The notes: a model not told the origin generated them from the sequence alone. DNA of 62,618 bases, filler included, from Mustelus asterias (GCF_964213995.1; 4 parts of 4 records of this genome joined end to end with filler, not necessarily neighbours in it), one strand, 5' to 3'. Shown: positions 27,155 through 39,543, numbered from the whole stretch's first letter. Made by a program: numbers and translations.

Positions 27155-27193
27155 CACAGCGAGAGGAACAAGGGATGGACCCGGACAAGAACA
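27155..27193 (+). promoter_or_regulatory. VH 23-RSS
   Basis: Heptamer CACAGCG 27155-27161, 23-nt spacer, nonamer ACAAGAACA 27185-27193. Confidence 0.93.
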
Positions 27194-27564
27194 GCTCGAG
27201 AGGGAATTCAGCAACTTCCATCATAACCTGAAGGTCAGTGCGTGTTTTAAATGTAGTATTAACGACAGTGACCAGAACCAAAACACAAAACGCTTCTGAC
27301 AAACCGAACTTAGTGAAAATTAAACATTAAACCAAGAAAACACACAGACATAATGGACTGAGCTTTTCACTCTGTTTATATTTACTGTTAACAGTTTCAG
27401 CAATTACACACCTGGATATAATGCTCGTTTTACTATTTCTGATACTTGGAGGAGGTGTTTCTAGATTGTGTTTTGTAAACTGCTGCATAAATTGTAAATT
27501 ACATCGAAATAATGGTCTATTTGAAGTACATACTGAGCGGCAGTACTGAACAGGGAGTGCGTGC

Positions 27565-27645
27565 AGTTTTTGTGCGAGTGTCTGTCACTGTGATACAGCA
27601 GTGGGGTCACAGTGCTGAGCACAGCGACATCCTCATACAAAAACC
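27565..27645 (+). other. IGHD: DH1 segment (27593-27607) with 5' 12-RSS and 3' 22-RSS
   Basis: AGTTTTTGT, 12 nt, CACTGTG, then ATACAGCAGTGGGGT, then CACAGTG, 22 nt, ACAAAAACC. All three frames are open (IQQWG / YSSG / TAVG). Confidence 0.95.
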
Positions 27646-27945
27646 TCATGGAAAGAGATGGCTCAAATTGGTAATCAGTACCACAGCAGGATTTTCAAAG
27701 TAAACGAGGCTTCAGTGAAATAATGTGTGGAAGTAATATTAGTTTGTGAAAAGGTATAAAAATCTTCCCGTAAAATCTATATTTACCGATATGCTAAATC
27801 TACACAGAGAGTTTAAAAGCATTCCGATCCCCTTTATAAATACAATGACCAGGACAAGCTGAAATATCTCACTCATTCGCTCGTGGATGAGGCAGAATCA
27901 GATTTTTGAGACAGCACTGAAATTAAACAGTTAGCAGTCAGACTC

Positions 27946-28014
27946 AGTATTTGTCATGCTGTGTCTCACTGTGATAACTGGGGTGGCACAGCAGTTACTG
28001 TCAATACAAAAACC
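27946..28014 (+). other. IGHD: DH2 segment (27974-27986) with 12-RSS on both sides
   Basis: AGTATTTGT, 12 nt, CACTGTG, then ATAACTGGGGTGG, then CACAGCA, 12 nt, ACAAAAACC. Confidence 0.95.
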
Positions 28015-28341
28015 CCTCAGCACTAATTGACCGAGACTGGGGCAGTGCTCTGTTTTCCAATCCAGCATTATTTACAGTGCTGTATTATTTATGTTCCAGC
28101 CCTACACAAATAGCGAGAATTAATATGGAAAATTTATGATAACTATTTAATTATCAGTTGGTGTTTTCAATAACTTGATCATGTGATCCTCTATGAAATA
28201 TAAAACATTCAGGTTATTTATGTAGAGCGAACGGTATCCACCAGTACAATAATAATTTCATGAAAATGCAGTGATTTGCTTTCCCTCTGGCTTGTGAATT
28301 TTTAAAATACTGATGGATTTCTGTCTATTTTGTGCAGAGAT

Positions 28342-28380
28342 GGTTATTGTATGACCCAGCCTGGAGAATGTGACACTGTG
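28342..28380 (+). promoter_or_regulatory. JH 23-RSS
   Basis: Nonamer GGTTATTGT 28342-28350, 23-nt spacer, heptamer CACTGTG 28374-28380. Confidence 0.93.
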
Positions 28381-28428
28381 ACGCCATGGGCTACTGGGGA
28401 CAAGGGACCATGGTGACGGTGACTGCAG
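28381..28428 (+). CDS. IGHJ: JH segment
   Basis: AMGYWGQGTMVTVTA with the WGxG motif, and a phase-1 donor G|GTAAGA at 28429. Confidence 0.96.
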
Positions 28429-28949
28429 GTAAGAACCATGCATTTATTTAGTCAGTGTTTTATTTGAGTTTTTGTTTTATACTTTTTCTCGATGTTATTA
28501 ATTCATTCGTTCAATGTAATGTGGTTTGGTGGATTCTGTGCTGAAAATCTTTTCAATGTTTCATGTGATCCTGCTTAAAATGGGGGTTATAGAATTCTAC
28601 TGTTAATTGACAAAAGGTGATACTGAGTGATTCAGTCTCTTGTTGTGATTTGGTGTGTATCTGCTGAGGACATTGTGTGGCTGGGTTACTTTAAATGCCT
28701 TCCCTTTGTTAAACAGTTCGGCGTTTCTTCAATGTTTAATCTCGGTGACATCTAGTGGCTGCGAGTTGCACCATCTACTGCACAAGTGTTTGAAATCGAA
28801 CCCAATATTAACAAAATGTGTTAAAGTTTCTGCTTTAATGTTGCGAACATGTTCCGCTTAATCACAATCTGGTTTTGTTATGTCATTGTTGTGCTTATTT
28901 TAATCATTAGTTGCTTTGGTGATGGTCAGATTGGCTGGATTTTAAATTG

Positions 28950-30660
28950 AGATTTTCTGCCAATGTGAAATTTGATTCTGTTGCAACTGTTTGTAGAATT
29001 GAGCTGCTTCTGCGTGAACCGCGGTTCAGTCCCTCAGTGCTGCGTGTTTCTGGTGAGGAGGTTGTCTGTCTGGGTGACTTTGAATAAGTAAAATTTGTGA
29101 AATGGTTCGGAGATTCTGCATTGTTTCCACTCGGTGACACTGAGCTGTTACACACTTTGTGATTGAATACAAACAGTCTGCGGGTTTTAAACTACTTGAC
29201 GCGTGCCTGCAGACAGAAATCAGGCAGGCTTTATTGTATTTGTATTTTTTTAAATCGTAGCTGATAATTGCAGGTTAAACCAAACCACGGTTTATGCCAC
29301 TCGTCCAAAACATAGTTTGCCACTGCATTCATAATTTGGGATACATGCCATGTTTAACCTCGGTGGCATCTGACGGCTGCAGCTTTTACCCACCCAATAT
29401 TTTAATATGTTTGAAATCTGTTTGAAATATGACCCAATATGAATAGAATGTGGTAAAATTTCAATATTAATTTGTTGGACATATTCCACCTCCTCGCAAT
29501 GCTGTTGCTCTTATTCCAAATTTCTGTTCAGTTCAATCATTCATATATTTGGTGACGAGCTGTTTTGCCGGATTGAATATTGAGATTTCCTTGCAATCAT
29601 ATTTTTGATTTTGTTGAATGGATAATTGAGTTGCGTCCCCGTGAAACGGATTCATTCCCTCATTGATGTGTTTTGGTGTGTTTCCGTTGAGGAGGTTCTG
29701 TTGTTGGGTCACTAAGAATGTTTAAAATGTGTGAAATGTTTTGGTGTTTCTGCATTGTTTAAACTCGGTGGCACTGAGCGGTTACACGTTTTCTGGTTAA
29801 ATGCAAATAATCTATGAGTTTGAAAATCCTTGTAGGGAGAAAATAAGCAGGTTGTGAAAGAAATAAAATAAAGGTATTACAGCATTTTTATAAATTTTAA
29901 CTAACTCTTAGAAATTAAAATAAATCATGTCTTACAACGCTCAATCGGACACTAAGTAGTTGCTGCAAAAACAAACTTCTCATTAACAAGTTTGATAATA
30001 AAATTAATATAAATCAAACTGTTATTAATCGGTAACATAACTACATATTCACAAAAGATTATTTTCTATTAATATCATTTCGCATTAATCGGCTTTAATA
30101 GTTCTGCTGTGCTTTGCATACAATTAACATGACCAAAAAGGTTTCTCGGCTGGAAATATTTTGTGATAATTCCAGAAACTATTTCAATGATAACATGCTG
30201 TTTCCACAGCAGCGCTCAGTTCAACAAGATACTTTGCATTAATTGTTATATCCCCGATGAAGTTCGCATTCACTTAAATATGAGTTTTGGAGAATAATTG
30301 GCAATAAAACGCTATTTGGCAATTTTTGTGCCCGATTATTACATTGTTTCTGTGCAGGCGCAGCATTCCTTCCAAGTAATTTGTAGTTGGATGCAGAGGT
30401 AATTAATCACTAATCTCATCTCAAAATTTGTGAAATGGTTTGGTGTTTCTCAATTGTTTCTGTATTGTTTCAACTCGGTGATCCTGAGCGGTTACACTTT
30501 TTCTAGCTAAATGAAAAAAACAAACTGCGTTTAAACATCCTTGTCAGGATAAAACAAACTGGTATCGGAAAAAATAAAATAAATATATATTTGAGCATTT
30601 TATTCATGTTAACTGATGCTTGCAGATTAAAGTAAATCATGAATTACAATTCTTACTGCG
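28950..30660. repeat. Diverged ~650-700 bp tandem triplication in the J-C intron
   Basis: Core TGTGAAATG.TT.GG...TTCT...ACTCGGTG.C.CTGAGC.GTTACAC recurs at ~29095, ~29730 and ~30428 with shared flanks. Confidence 0.8.
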
Positions 30661-32215
30661 TCACTGTATCTCTGTTAGGGACATTACACTACACTGGATC
30701 TGTTATATCTGATGTGCTTATTTTCAGAAAAAAGTATATTTTTTGCCTAGTTTTCGAGATTTGAGATAGACAGGGAGAGTTAAAAGTCGAAGGGAATTTT
30801 GAAATGAATATCAGTTTAATTTTTTAAAAGTTATTGATTTTTGTTGTTGTAGTTTGAAAATTGATCAATTAGAATCCCACAGTTTGAATAAATTTGACAG
30901 AGTGAACACAGTTTTCTGACAGGTGGAATTCGCTAACACTAAACAATTGTTCATATAATGGTGTTTGAATTGTTGTAAGGCGTCAACAGAAACTGGCTAG
31001 AGATTTACAATTTAATACTTGAAATTCAAATAATTAATTTTTTATAATATTATAATATTTTTATATTAGTAATATTTGCTCTGCATTTAATAATAACATC
31101 CTGTCTCCCATTACTGCTGAACATAGAATAGAATTATTGGATGAATAAATGACAGAATAGAAGAATTGATTCTATTTGAGCATTATGTTTAATTAGTATT
31201 AAATATTATACTGAAGAAAAAGTCTCGACTTATTTTGTGCATCACGTTTCAGTGTTGCAGAGGATTTGAATCAATTGTCCTCATTGTGTTTTTCATTGTT
31301 TAATTCAGAGCTTCTTAATTTAAACAATATAATCAGTAATTAAATTATATGGATGGTCCAAATTATTAAATCTAGGAAGCAGCTTCATCGACCTCAAACT
31401 GCCAGGCCGTCACAGTGTATACAAATTCAGAAACATGCATTCTTAACACGTTTGCAGGTTATAATAAGGCATTTGGAGTAAAAGTGGAAATGAAAAAACA
31501 TGACAATGTTATTCGATTGAAGCAAATGAATTACAGATGTCTGAATCTTTCCATTCAGTGATTTGAAGTTTATTGTTTAAGATTTAATTGGAACCTAATT
31601 ACTTCACAATGTTCGAGGCAGGGAAAGTTTTGAATGATTGAAAACTGATTTTATTACGGAGTACAAATCAGCTAACAGGAAAAGTAACCGGCAATTAACA
31701 AAACAAAATATAATATTGGTGCCAATTAATTCAAAACAAAATACCTTGAATAATGCACGGGCGTGCAAAGTATCATCCGTTTCAGAGAATGTTTAATTGT
31801 ATCGAAAATGAATTCAGAAACAAAACCTTTCTTTCATCAGCTATGCTTAGCTCGATAAGGTGTTTTACCTCGAATATGTTGTTGATTACATTTAATTAAG
31901 AAATTAGGTCGAATCAGGTAATGATTTTCAATGTAAATGTTTCTTGGTTTATTTAATCCTTACTGTGTCACTGTATCTCTGTCAGGGATATTGAACTGTC
32001 CTGAATCTGTTATTTTTGATTCTTAATTTTCAGCGAAATTACATTTTTATATAGTTTTCGAGAAGTGAGACAGACAGAGAGACATAATTAAAAATCGACA
32101 GGAGTTTTGAAATGAATATCAGTTTTATTTAAAAGAGGTTATTGATTTTCTGCTGTAAATTGATCATTGATCAATTAGAATCAAACAGTTTGAATTAAAT
32201 TGACAGATTGAACAT
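30650..32215. repeat. Second direct duplication (~250 bp) in the J-C intron
   Basis: CTTACTG.GTCACTGTATCTCTGT.AGGGA...TTTTGAAATGAATATCAGTT...TTGATCAATTAGAATC...AATTGACAGA at ~30652-30910 and ~31959-32213. Confidence 0.8.
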
Positions 32216-33289
32216 ACCTACCTGCTGGGGAATCGATTGTTGCACCGTTTGTGTCTGTTCTGTTTCTGCGCGCGTGGTCACCGTGTTGGGGCCAGGAAAC
32301 TGCCTGACTGGTTGTAAATCTTCTGGTTCCTTCTGCTGTATTTCAGGGAGTGAAATTTGATTTATTTCTTCAATAAACTTGTATCAGTGAGAAATGTGAC
32401 AGTTTGACTTGATGTTTGACTCGGCGTCTCAGAAATGAGATCCCTACAGCATATCGTGACCACCAGAGAGAGCAGAAACGTCAGATTGTAGAGGGAGAAT
32501 TGGGTGATTTTTAACCAGTGATGAACCGGCCTTGGGAATGTTCGATGAGCAAATGCAAAGTGAGATTTACTATATTGTGCTCCGTAGTAAAGCAGTCCAT
32601 GACTTGTTTGGTATGACAGTTGAAGGGTCAAATTCATTTGCATCTTATTTTTAATCTTCTAAAGGCATTTTAGAGTCATTTGCTCGGCCAGAATTTTTAA
32701 TCATCAATAACTGTTCCTTGAGAAAGTGTTGATATGAAGCATCCTTGAATAACTGCAGTCCATATGCTGCAGGCATCCGCCGTGCTGTTAGGCGGAAGTT
32801 CCAGGATTTTGACCCAGGAGGAACTGAGGTATTGTTTCAAGTCAGGATGGTGTGTGTCTTGGAGGGGAGCTTGCAGGTGGTAGTGTTCATATGTGGCTGC
32901 TGCCCTTATCCTGTTAGGATATAAAGGCAACGGGTTTGGACAGTGTTTACTATGGAGCCTTGGTGAGTTGCTGTAGTGCATCTTGTCTATAATACACACT
33001 GCTGTCACTGCTTGTTAGTGATGGAGAGAGCGAATAGGGTGAATGAGGGGGCGGATAATCTTGTGGGTGGCTTTGCCCTGGATTGTGTCAAATTTCTTGA
33101 GTTTTTACAGGTTTCGCTCATTGAGGAAAGGGGAAATTATTCAATTGCGACTGATTGCGAAAGATTAAAATGTTTTTCCAACCCTTGGCCCGCGCTCCGT
33201 ATTGTGCTCACTTGTCACTCCCACTTACTGTGTGAGTGGGTGAGTGTGTGTGGAGTGAGTGGCTTTTCCAGACTGAATCAGCCAAATAG

Positions 33290-34870
33290 AGACTTATACA
33301 CATCACACACTCTCACACACATAAATACACACATAGACACTCTGATATGCTCTCACACATACACACACACATACATACTCACACTTACTTTCTGTCTCAT
33401 ACGGTCTCTCTTACACACCCATACACATTCTCTCTCTCTCACGTTACACGTACACTCTCTCAATACAAATACATACATAGTCTCGCTCTCTCCATCAATC
33501 TCTCACACCCCCATACACAAAAGCGCTCACATCCCCACACACCCACCCATTCTCTTTTATACAGAGACACACACTCTCACATAAGCACAGTCTCACACTC
33601 TCGCACACGCACTCTCACATGCACTCTCTCTCCCACTCTCTGTCACACACGCTCAAGCTGTCTCACATTTATTCACACGCTCTCTCACAATTCCTCTTGC
33701 ACACGCATCTCTCTCTCTCTCTCACACAGACGCACATACTTCTATCTCTCTTGCACACACTATCTCACACCTCTACATTCTTGCTCTCACACACTGGCTC
33801 TCTCACAAACACTCTCTCACAAACATAGACACATGCACACACTCTAACACACACTCTTACACACAGACACAGTCTCTCACAGAAGCACAGTCTCGCGCAC
33901 ACATTCTCGCTCTCACACACACACACATGCACTATGCCTCTCACATTCCCTCTTCCGTACACTCTCACTCCGTCTCACACACATTCCCATGCCCTCTCTC
34001 TCTCTCTCATACGAACACTTGCACATGTATTCTCTCAAACAGGCACATATTTCTCTCTCTTTCACACGCTCACTCCCTTACACATTATCTCACACACGCA
34101 CAATCTTGCTCTCAAACACTGTCTCTCACAAACACCCTCTCTTTCACACGCACAAAATCTCGCACACAGTCTCTCCTTCTCTTACACACGAACACACATG
34201 TATATACAATGTATCTCTCTTTAAACACTCCACCTATCACAGACGCATGTTCTCTGAACAGTTATTTCACTCACACGCACTCACGCATTCACTCTGTCTA
34301 CGTTTCACACTTTTTCTCGCTCACACACACTCTCCCCGCCCCTCCACACACACACACACACACATACACTCAAACACATTGCTTCTATCTCCCACACACA
34401 TTGCACACATCTTTCTCACTCACACGCCATCCCATGCACAGTTTCACACACTGATGAACATATTATTTTGCTTTCCAATAGGCACTCCCTCTCACACACA
34501 CTGTCTTTCACATGAACACAACACTCTCCCACACACATCACCTCCCTCTCAGGCACACACACTCTCTTTCACAGACATCGTGTATCTCATATAGACACAC
34601 TCCCTTTCACATCAACATACACACAATCACACACAGAAGTACTCTTCCACACAGACTCCCCACACACACTCTCCCCGCCCCTCCACACACATACATTTTC
34701 AAGAAGAGACACACTGTCACACACAAAGAATAACTCTTCAAACACACATTCTGTCTCTCACACACACATTATCTCACACACCCTTTCTCTCACGTACACT
34801 CTCCCCTCTTGCACGCACAGCCCACTGTCTCACACACGTGCAAACACAGTCTATCACACACAGGCACCCT
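33290..34870. repeat. Degenerate (CA)/(CT) low-complexity tract
   Basis: CACA/CTCT-rich; produces spurious His/Thr/Ser/Leu ORFs. Confidence 0.9.
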
Positions 34871-35037
34871 NNNNNNNNNNNNNNNNNNNNNNNNNNNNNN
34901 NNNNNNNNNNNNNNNNNNNNNNNNNNNNNNNNNNNNNNNNNNNNNNNNNNNNNNNNNNNNNNNNNNNNNNNNNNNNNNNNNNNNNNNNNNNNNNNNNNNN
35001 NNNNNNNNNNNNTACGTCAGAGTGTCTGTCCTTGACA

Positions 35038-35352
35038 TCATAGAGTAGAATCATAGGATGCTACAGTGCAGAAGGAGGCCACTCAGCCCATCGAGTCTGC
35101 ACCAACAACAATCCCACCCAGGCCCTATCCCCATAACCACATATATTTACTCTAAGTAGTCCCCCTGACACTAAGGGGCAATTTAGCACGGCCAATCCAC
35201 CGAACCCACACATCTTTGGACTGTGGGAGGAAACAGGAGCACCCGAAGGAACCCAAACAGACACGGGGTGAACTTACAAACTCCACACAGACAGTGACCC
35301 AAGTCGGGAATCCAACTCTGAGGCAGCAGCGCTAATCACTGTGCCACCGCCC
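35038..35352 (-). mobile_element. HE1-type V-SINE in the J-C intron
   Basis: Reverse copy of head, V-domain and tail. Confidence 0.88.
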
Positions 35353-35999
35353 CCACTCCCCCCCGACCGCCCCCCCCCCCAGCCGCCCCCCCCCTGCCCC
35401 CCCCCCCCCAGACCCCGACCCCCCCGACCCCGGTAGCATTTGAATGAGGGTGGGATCAAGGAGCCCGAGTAAAACTCAAGTCAGTAAGAATGGGCGGGAA
35501 ATTCTTCTCTGTTCGGAGTCATACTTAGCACAAAGCAAGATGGTGTTGGTGGTTGGAGGTCAAACATCTAAGTTCAGATTTCACTGCAGGATTTGGGCAG
35601 GGGAGTGTTCTGGGACCAACAATCTTCTACTGCTTCAACAGTGACATTCCATCCAACATGAGGTCAGAAGTAGGGATTTCCATGAGTTACACCAGACACA
35701 AACACCCAAAAAATAAGAAGGGAATTGGCTGAGACCAAGGCCGCCTGGCTCCCCAATACTGGTGTAAACTTGGTGTTTGATTCCTGTGCGACCCATCCTA
35801 GTTTTGCTGTCAGCTTCCCTGCAGCTCCCTCAGTCTGACTATTTGTTCACTGGTACGTGTTTCTTAAAGAAAGACACCGACATTAAAGCAGCTACCCGGT
35901 GATCTACCCTGCTGCCTGACTTTACACAGCCCTGTTACAGAAAGCTCATCAATGTGGAGAATCGGGAAAAGATCGATGGAGAGGAAGAGGAAGAGGTGG

Positions 36000-37545
36000 C
36001 CCACTGACTCTCTCACCCTGGCCCACACTTCCTCACTCACCCTCAATCTCTCATCCTCACTCAAAGAACTTCACTCCCTCACCCTCACTTACCCACCTTC
36101 CCTCGCTGACACACTCTCACTCATTCATCCCCACTCACAAATCCCAACTCACTCATCCCAACACACTCATCCCAACTCACTCATCCCAACTCACTCACCC
36201 TTGCTCACTCATCCACCCTCACACACTCAATTTCACACACTCAACTTCACACACTCAACCTCACGCACTCAATCTCATGCACTCAACCTCAGAAACTCAC
36301 TGATCCTCATTCACCCCGAGTCACTCACCCTCACACCCTCACTCACTCAAAATCACTCACACACATTCGCTCTCTCACTCTCACCCATCCTCACTCACTC
36401 ACCCTCATTCACTCACATTCACATCTTCATTCACTCACCAGCGCTCACTCACTCACACTCACTCGCCCTCACACACCCTCACTCACTCATCCTCATTCAC
36501 TCACTGTCACTCAGTCACCCACACTCACACGCTATCACTCACTCAACCTCAGTCACTAACCCTCAGTCACTCACTCAGAGCCTCAGTCACTCACCAACAC
36601 TCATAGTCACCTTCGTTCACTCAGCCCACTTCCCCACCCTCACTTATCTAGTCTCACTCACTCTCACTCACCCTCACTCACCCCACTTACCCACCTTCAC
36701 TCATCCAGTCTCAATCACTCACACTCACTCACCGCCCTTACCCTCCCTCACTCATCCCGTCTCACTCACTCTCACTCACCCTCACTCACTCTCCCCACTT
36801 ACCCACCCTCACTCACCCAGACTCACCCCCACACACTCAAGCTCAGTTACCCTCTCTCTCTCACGTACGCCACCTGACCCATTTAAACTCACTGAGACTC
36901 ACGCACCTACATTCACTCACACACCCTCACATATTCACCATCACTCAAGTTCACCCACCCTAACTCACAGATCTTCAATCACTCATCCTCAGTCAAACAC
37001 CTTCACTCACTCACCCTCACTCATCCACCCATCCGTATTCATTCTCCCTCACACACTCTCACACACCACCCTCAATAACACACCCTGACTCACTCACTCT
37101 CTCACCCTCACTTACTAAGTCACACTCACTCCTCACCCTCATTCACTCACTCTCACTCATCCACCTTCACTAACCTTCACGCATCCTCACTCACTCACCC
37201 TCATTCATTCTCTCTTACCGACACTCACTCACCCACCTTCACTCACACATTCAGCCACCTTCACTCACCCACCCTCTCTCACACACCCTCATTTACTCAC
37301 GCTCTCTCACCCTCACCCACACTTACTCACTCACCCTCAATCACTCATCCTCACTGAAAGAACTTCACTCACTCACCCTCACTTACCCACCTTCCGTCAC
37401 TCACACACCATCACTCATCCACTCTCACTCCTTCACTCACTCACCCTCACTTACCCACCTTCCGTCACTCACACACCATCACTCATCCACTCTCACTCCT
37501 TCAATCACTCACCCTCACGCACTCACATTCTCTCACTCACACTCG
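36000..37545. repeat. Degenerate (CACT)n tract
   Basis: CTCACTCACCCTCA units, with a ~66-nt exact internal duplication near 37365-37500. Confidence 0.9.
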
Positions 37546-37679
37546 CTAAACCTGTGTGTGGAGGTCTGCAGCGAGAGAGAAGAAAGATCTCAAGCGGCAG
37601 TTTGGTGTTCAAATGTGGGAGCTGCCCTGCGAATGTGGAGAGCTGGTGGGAATCCCTGGGGGCTCAGGGCCAAGGACAA

Positions 37680-38282
37680 TGGCAAAGAGCCGGGGAGAAC
37701 AGGAGGCGTGCTAAAGGGCAGAGAGCCGGGGGGGGGGGGGGGGGGGGGAGAGAGAGAGGGCAGAGAGCCTGGGGAAAGGGACCACAGCCGGGCAACAGGG
37801 CAGAGAGCCGGGGGAAAGAGTAGAGAGTCAGGAGAAAGGGCAGAGAGCCAATAGAAAGGGCAGGGAGCCAGGTGAAAGGGCAGAGAACCAGGAGAAAGGG
37901 CAGAGAGACCAGGGAAAGAGGAGAGAGCCAGGATAAAGGGCAGGGAGGCCGGGGAAAGGACAGAGAGCCGAGGAAAAGGGCAAGCGAGCCCAGAGGAAAG
38001 GGCAGAGAGTCAGGGGGAAAGGCAGAGAGTCAAGGGGAAAGGGCAGACAGCCAGGGGAAAGGGCAAAGAGGATAGGGAGCAGGGACACCGGGCAGAGAGT
38101 CGGGGGAAAGGCTAGGGAGCTGAGGGAAAGGGCAGATAGCAGGGGGAGAGGGCCCAGAGCTGGAAGGAAGTGTAGCGAGCCAGGTGGAAGTGCGGAGAGC
38201 CGGGTGAAAGGGGAAAAGAGCCACAGGGAATGGCAGAGAGCCAGGGGAAAGGGCAGAGAGCCGGGGAAAATGGGCAGAGAGT
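37680..38282 (+). repeat. Purine/G-rich ~20-bp minisatellite
   Basis: Unit approximates GGGGAAAGGGCAGAGAGCCA, repeated over ~600 bp. Confidence 0.9.
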
Positions 38283-38606
38283 GGGTGATCGACGGGCGGA
38301 GTGAGGAGGTGCAAAATAGAGCTAGCACCACAATCAGATCATCTGTAATCTCAATGAATGATGGAGGAGACTTCAGGGCCCGAATGGCCAACTCTTGCTC
38401 TGAATGTATGATTCTTCAATTAGTCAATGTTGCATTTATTTGAATTTGTAATCACATTTAGAGCTTCCTGGTCATTCAGTAAGTATTCATTCCGGAGATA
38501 TTTTTGAAGCAAAGTCACTAATATTCGTTTTGTGGAGTGAGAGGCAGTGAGTTGGAGAGAGGAAGGGGTATATGTCAGTTTGAACACAGCCAATTTCCAA
38601 AACTAC

Positions 38607-38725
38607 AATGTGGAGATGCCGGCGTTAGGTTGGGATGGGCACAGTAAGGAGTCTGACAACACCAGGTTAAAGTCCAACATGTTTATTTGGAATTGCGAGC
38701 TTTTGGAGCTCCTTCATCAGGTGAG
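38607..38725 (-). mobile_element. Penelope-like terminal fragment with degenerate hammerhead
   Basis: Minus strand CACCTGATGAAGGAGCTCCAAAAGCTCGC, followed by the same downstream block as the 41.8 kb copy. Confidence 0.65.
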
Positions 38726-39257
38726 TGGATGATATGAATGAAGAGACAACTTCTTCATCACAAAGTGCTGTTGTTTGAGAAATAAAGAGAGGTTGCAATA
38801 ATGGAGAAAATCTTTGCTCTTCTCTGTTAATCCAATGAATGATTTGTCATTTTGAGGACAGCAGAATGTTTTTTCTTTCTAATCTGATAGAGGTGGAGAC
38901 AGGGATATGAGTTTCTACAGAGATGACGGATCTCAGATGATAGAAATAACAGAATCACAAAGGTGGATGTACGTTTTGATCGGGAAATATTAGGATTAGT
39001 TCATAATTCTAGTCAAAGTTTGAGATAGAAACATAGAAAATAAAGCAGGAGTAGACCATTCGGCCCTTTGAGCCTGCTCCGCCATTCACTTTGGTCAGAG
39101 CTCATCAATATCCTGATCACACCTACTACCCATATCCCTTGATCCCTTTAGCCCCAAGAGCTTTATCTAACATAGAAACATAATTGTAAAAACATGTTTG
39201 ATGACTTAATAAACGCAAGTAAGAGTCTAACTTGTTCAATCGACTATTCTTTCCCAG

Positions 39258-39543
39258 CGACACCGTCTCAGCCCACTCTCTACAGCCTGGTCTCCTCCTG
39301 TCAGCAACGCAACCCCGACGGCTCCATCACCTACGGCTGTTTGGCGATGGACTACTCTCCGGATGTCACCAAACTGACCTGGAAGAAAAATGGGCAGCCG
39401 CTCACCAATGGGTTTAAGACTTACCCGTCAGTGAGAAACACGAAGGGAACCTACACCCTGAGCAGCCAGTTAACTATCACCGACTCAGAATGCCCCAAAA
39501 TTCACTGTGAGGTTCAACACAGCGGCTCAGTCAAGAGCATTGG
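39258..39543 (+). CDS. IGHM: IgM constant region CH1 exon (3' end lost in assembly gap)
   Basis: Acceptor TTCTTTCCCAG at 39247-39257, in phase with the J donor. Translates [44 protein letters not shown]...[36 protein letters not shown], an Ig C1-set domain like shark Cmu1, with no stops. Confidence 0.93.

Noticed and set aside
27023-28428. Germline-joined VDJ gene or IgNAR
   Set aside because: Segments are unjoined with intact RSSs; two D segments and a Cmu1-type domain fit IgM, not IgNAR.
32976-37088. His/Thr/Ser-rich ORFs up to 378 aa
   Set aside because: Products of (CA)/(CACT) low-complexity DNA.
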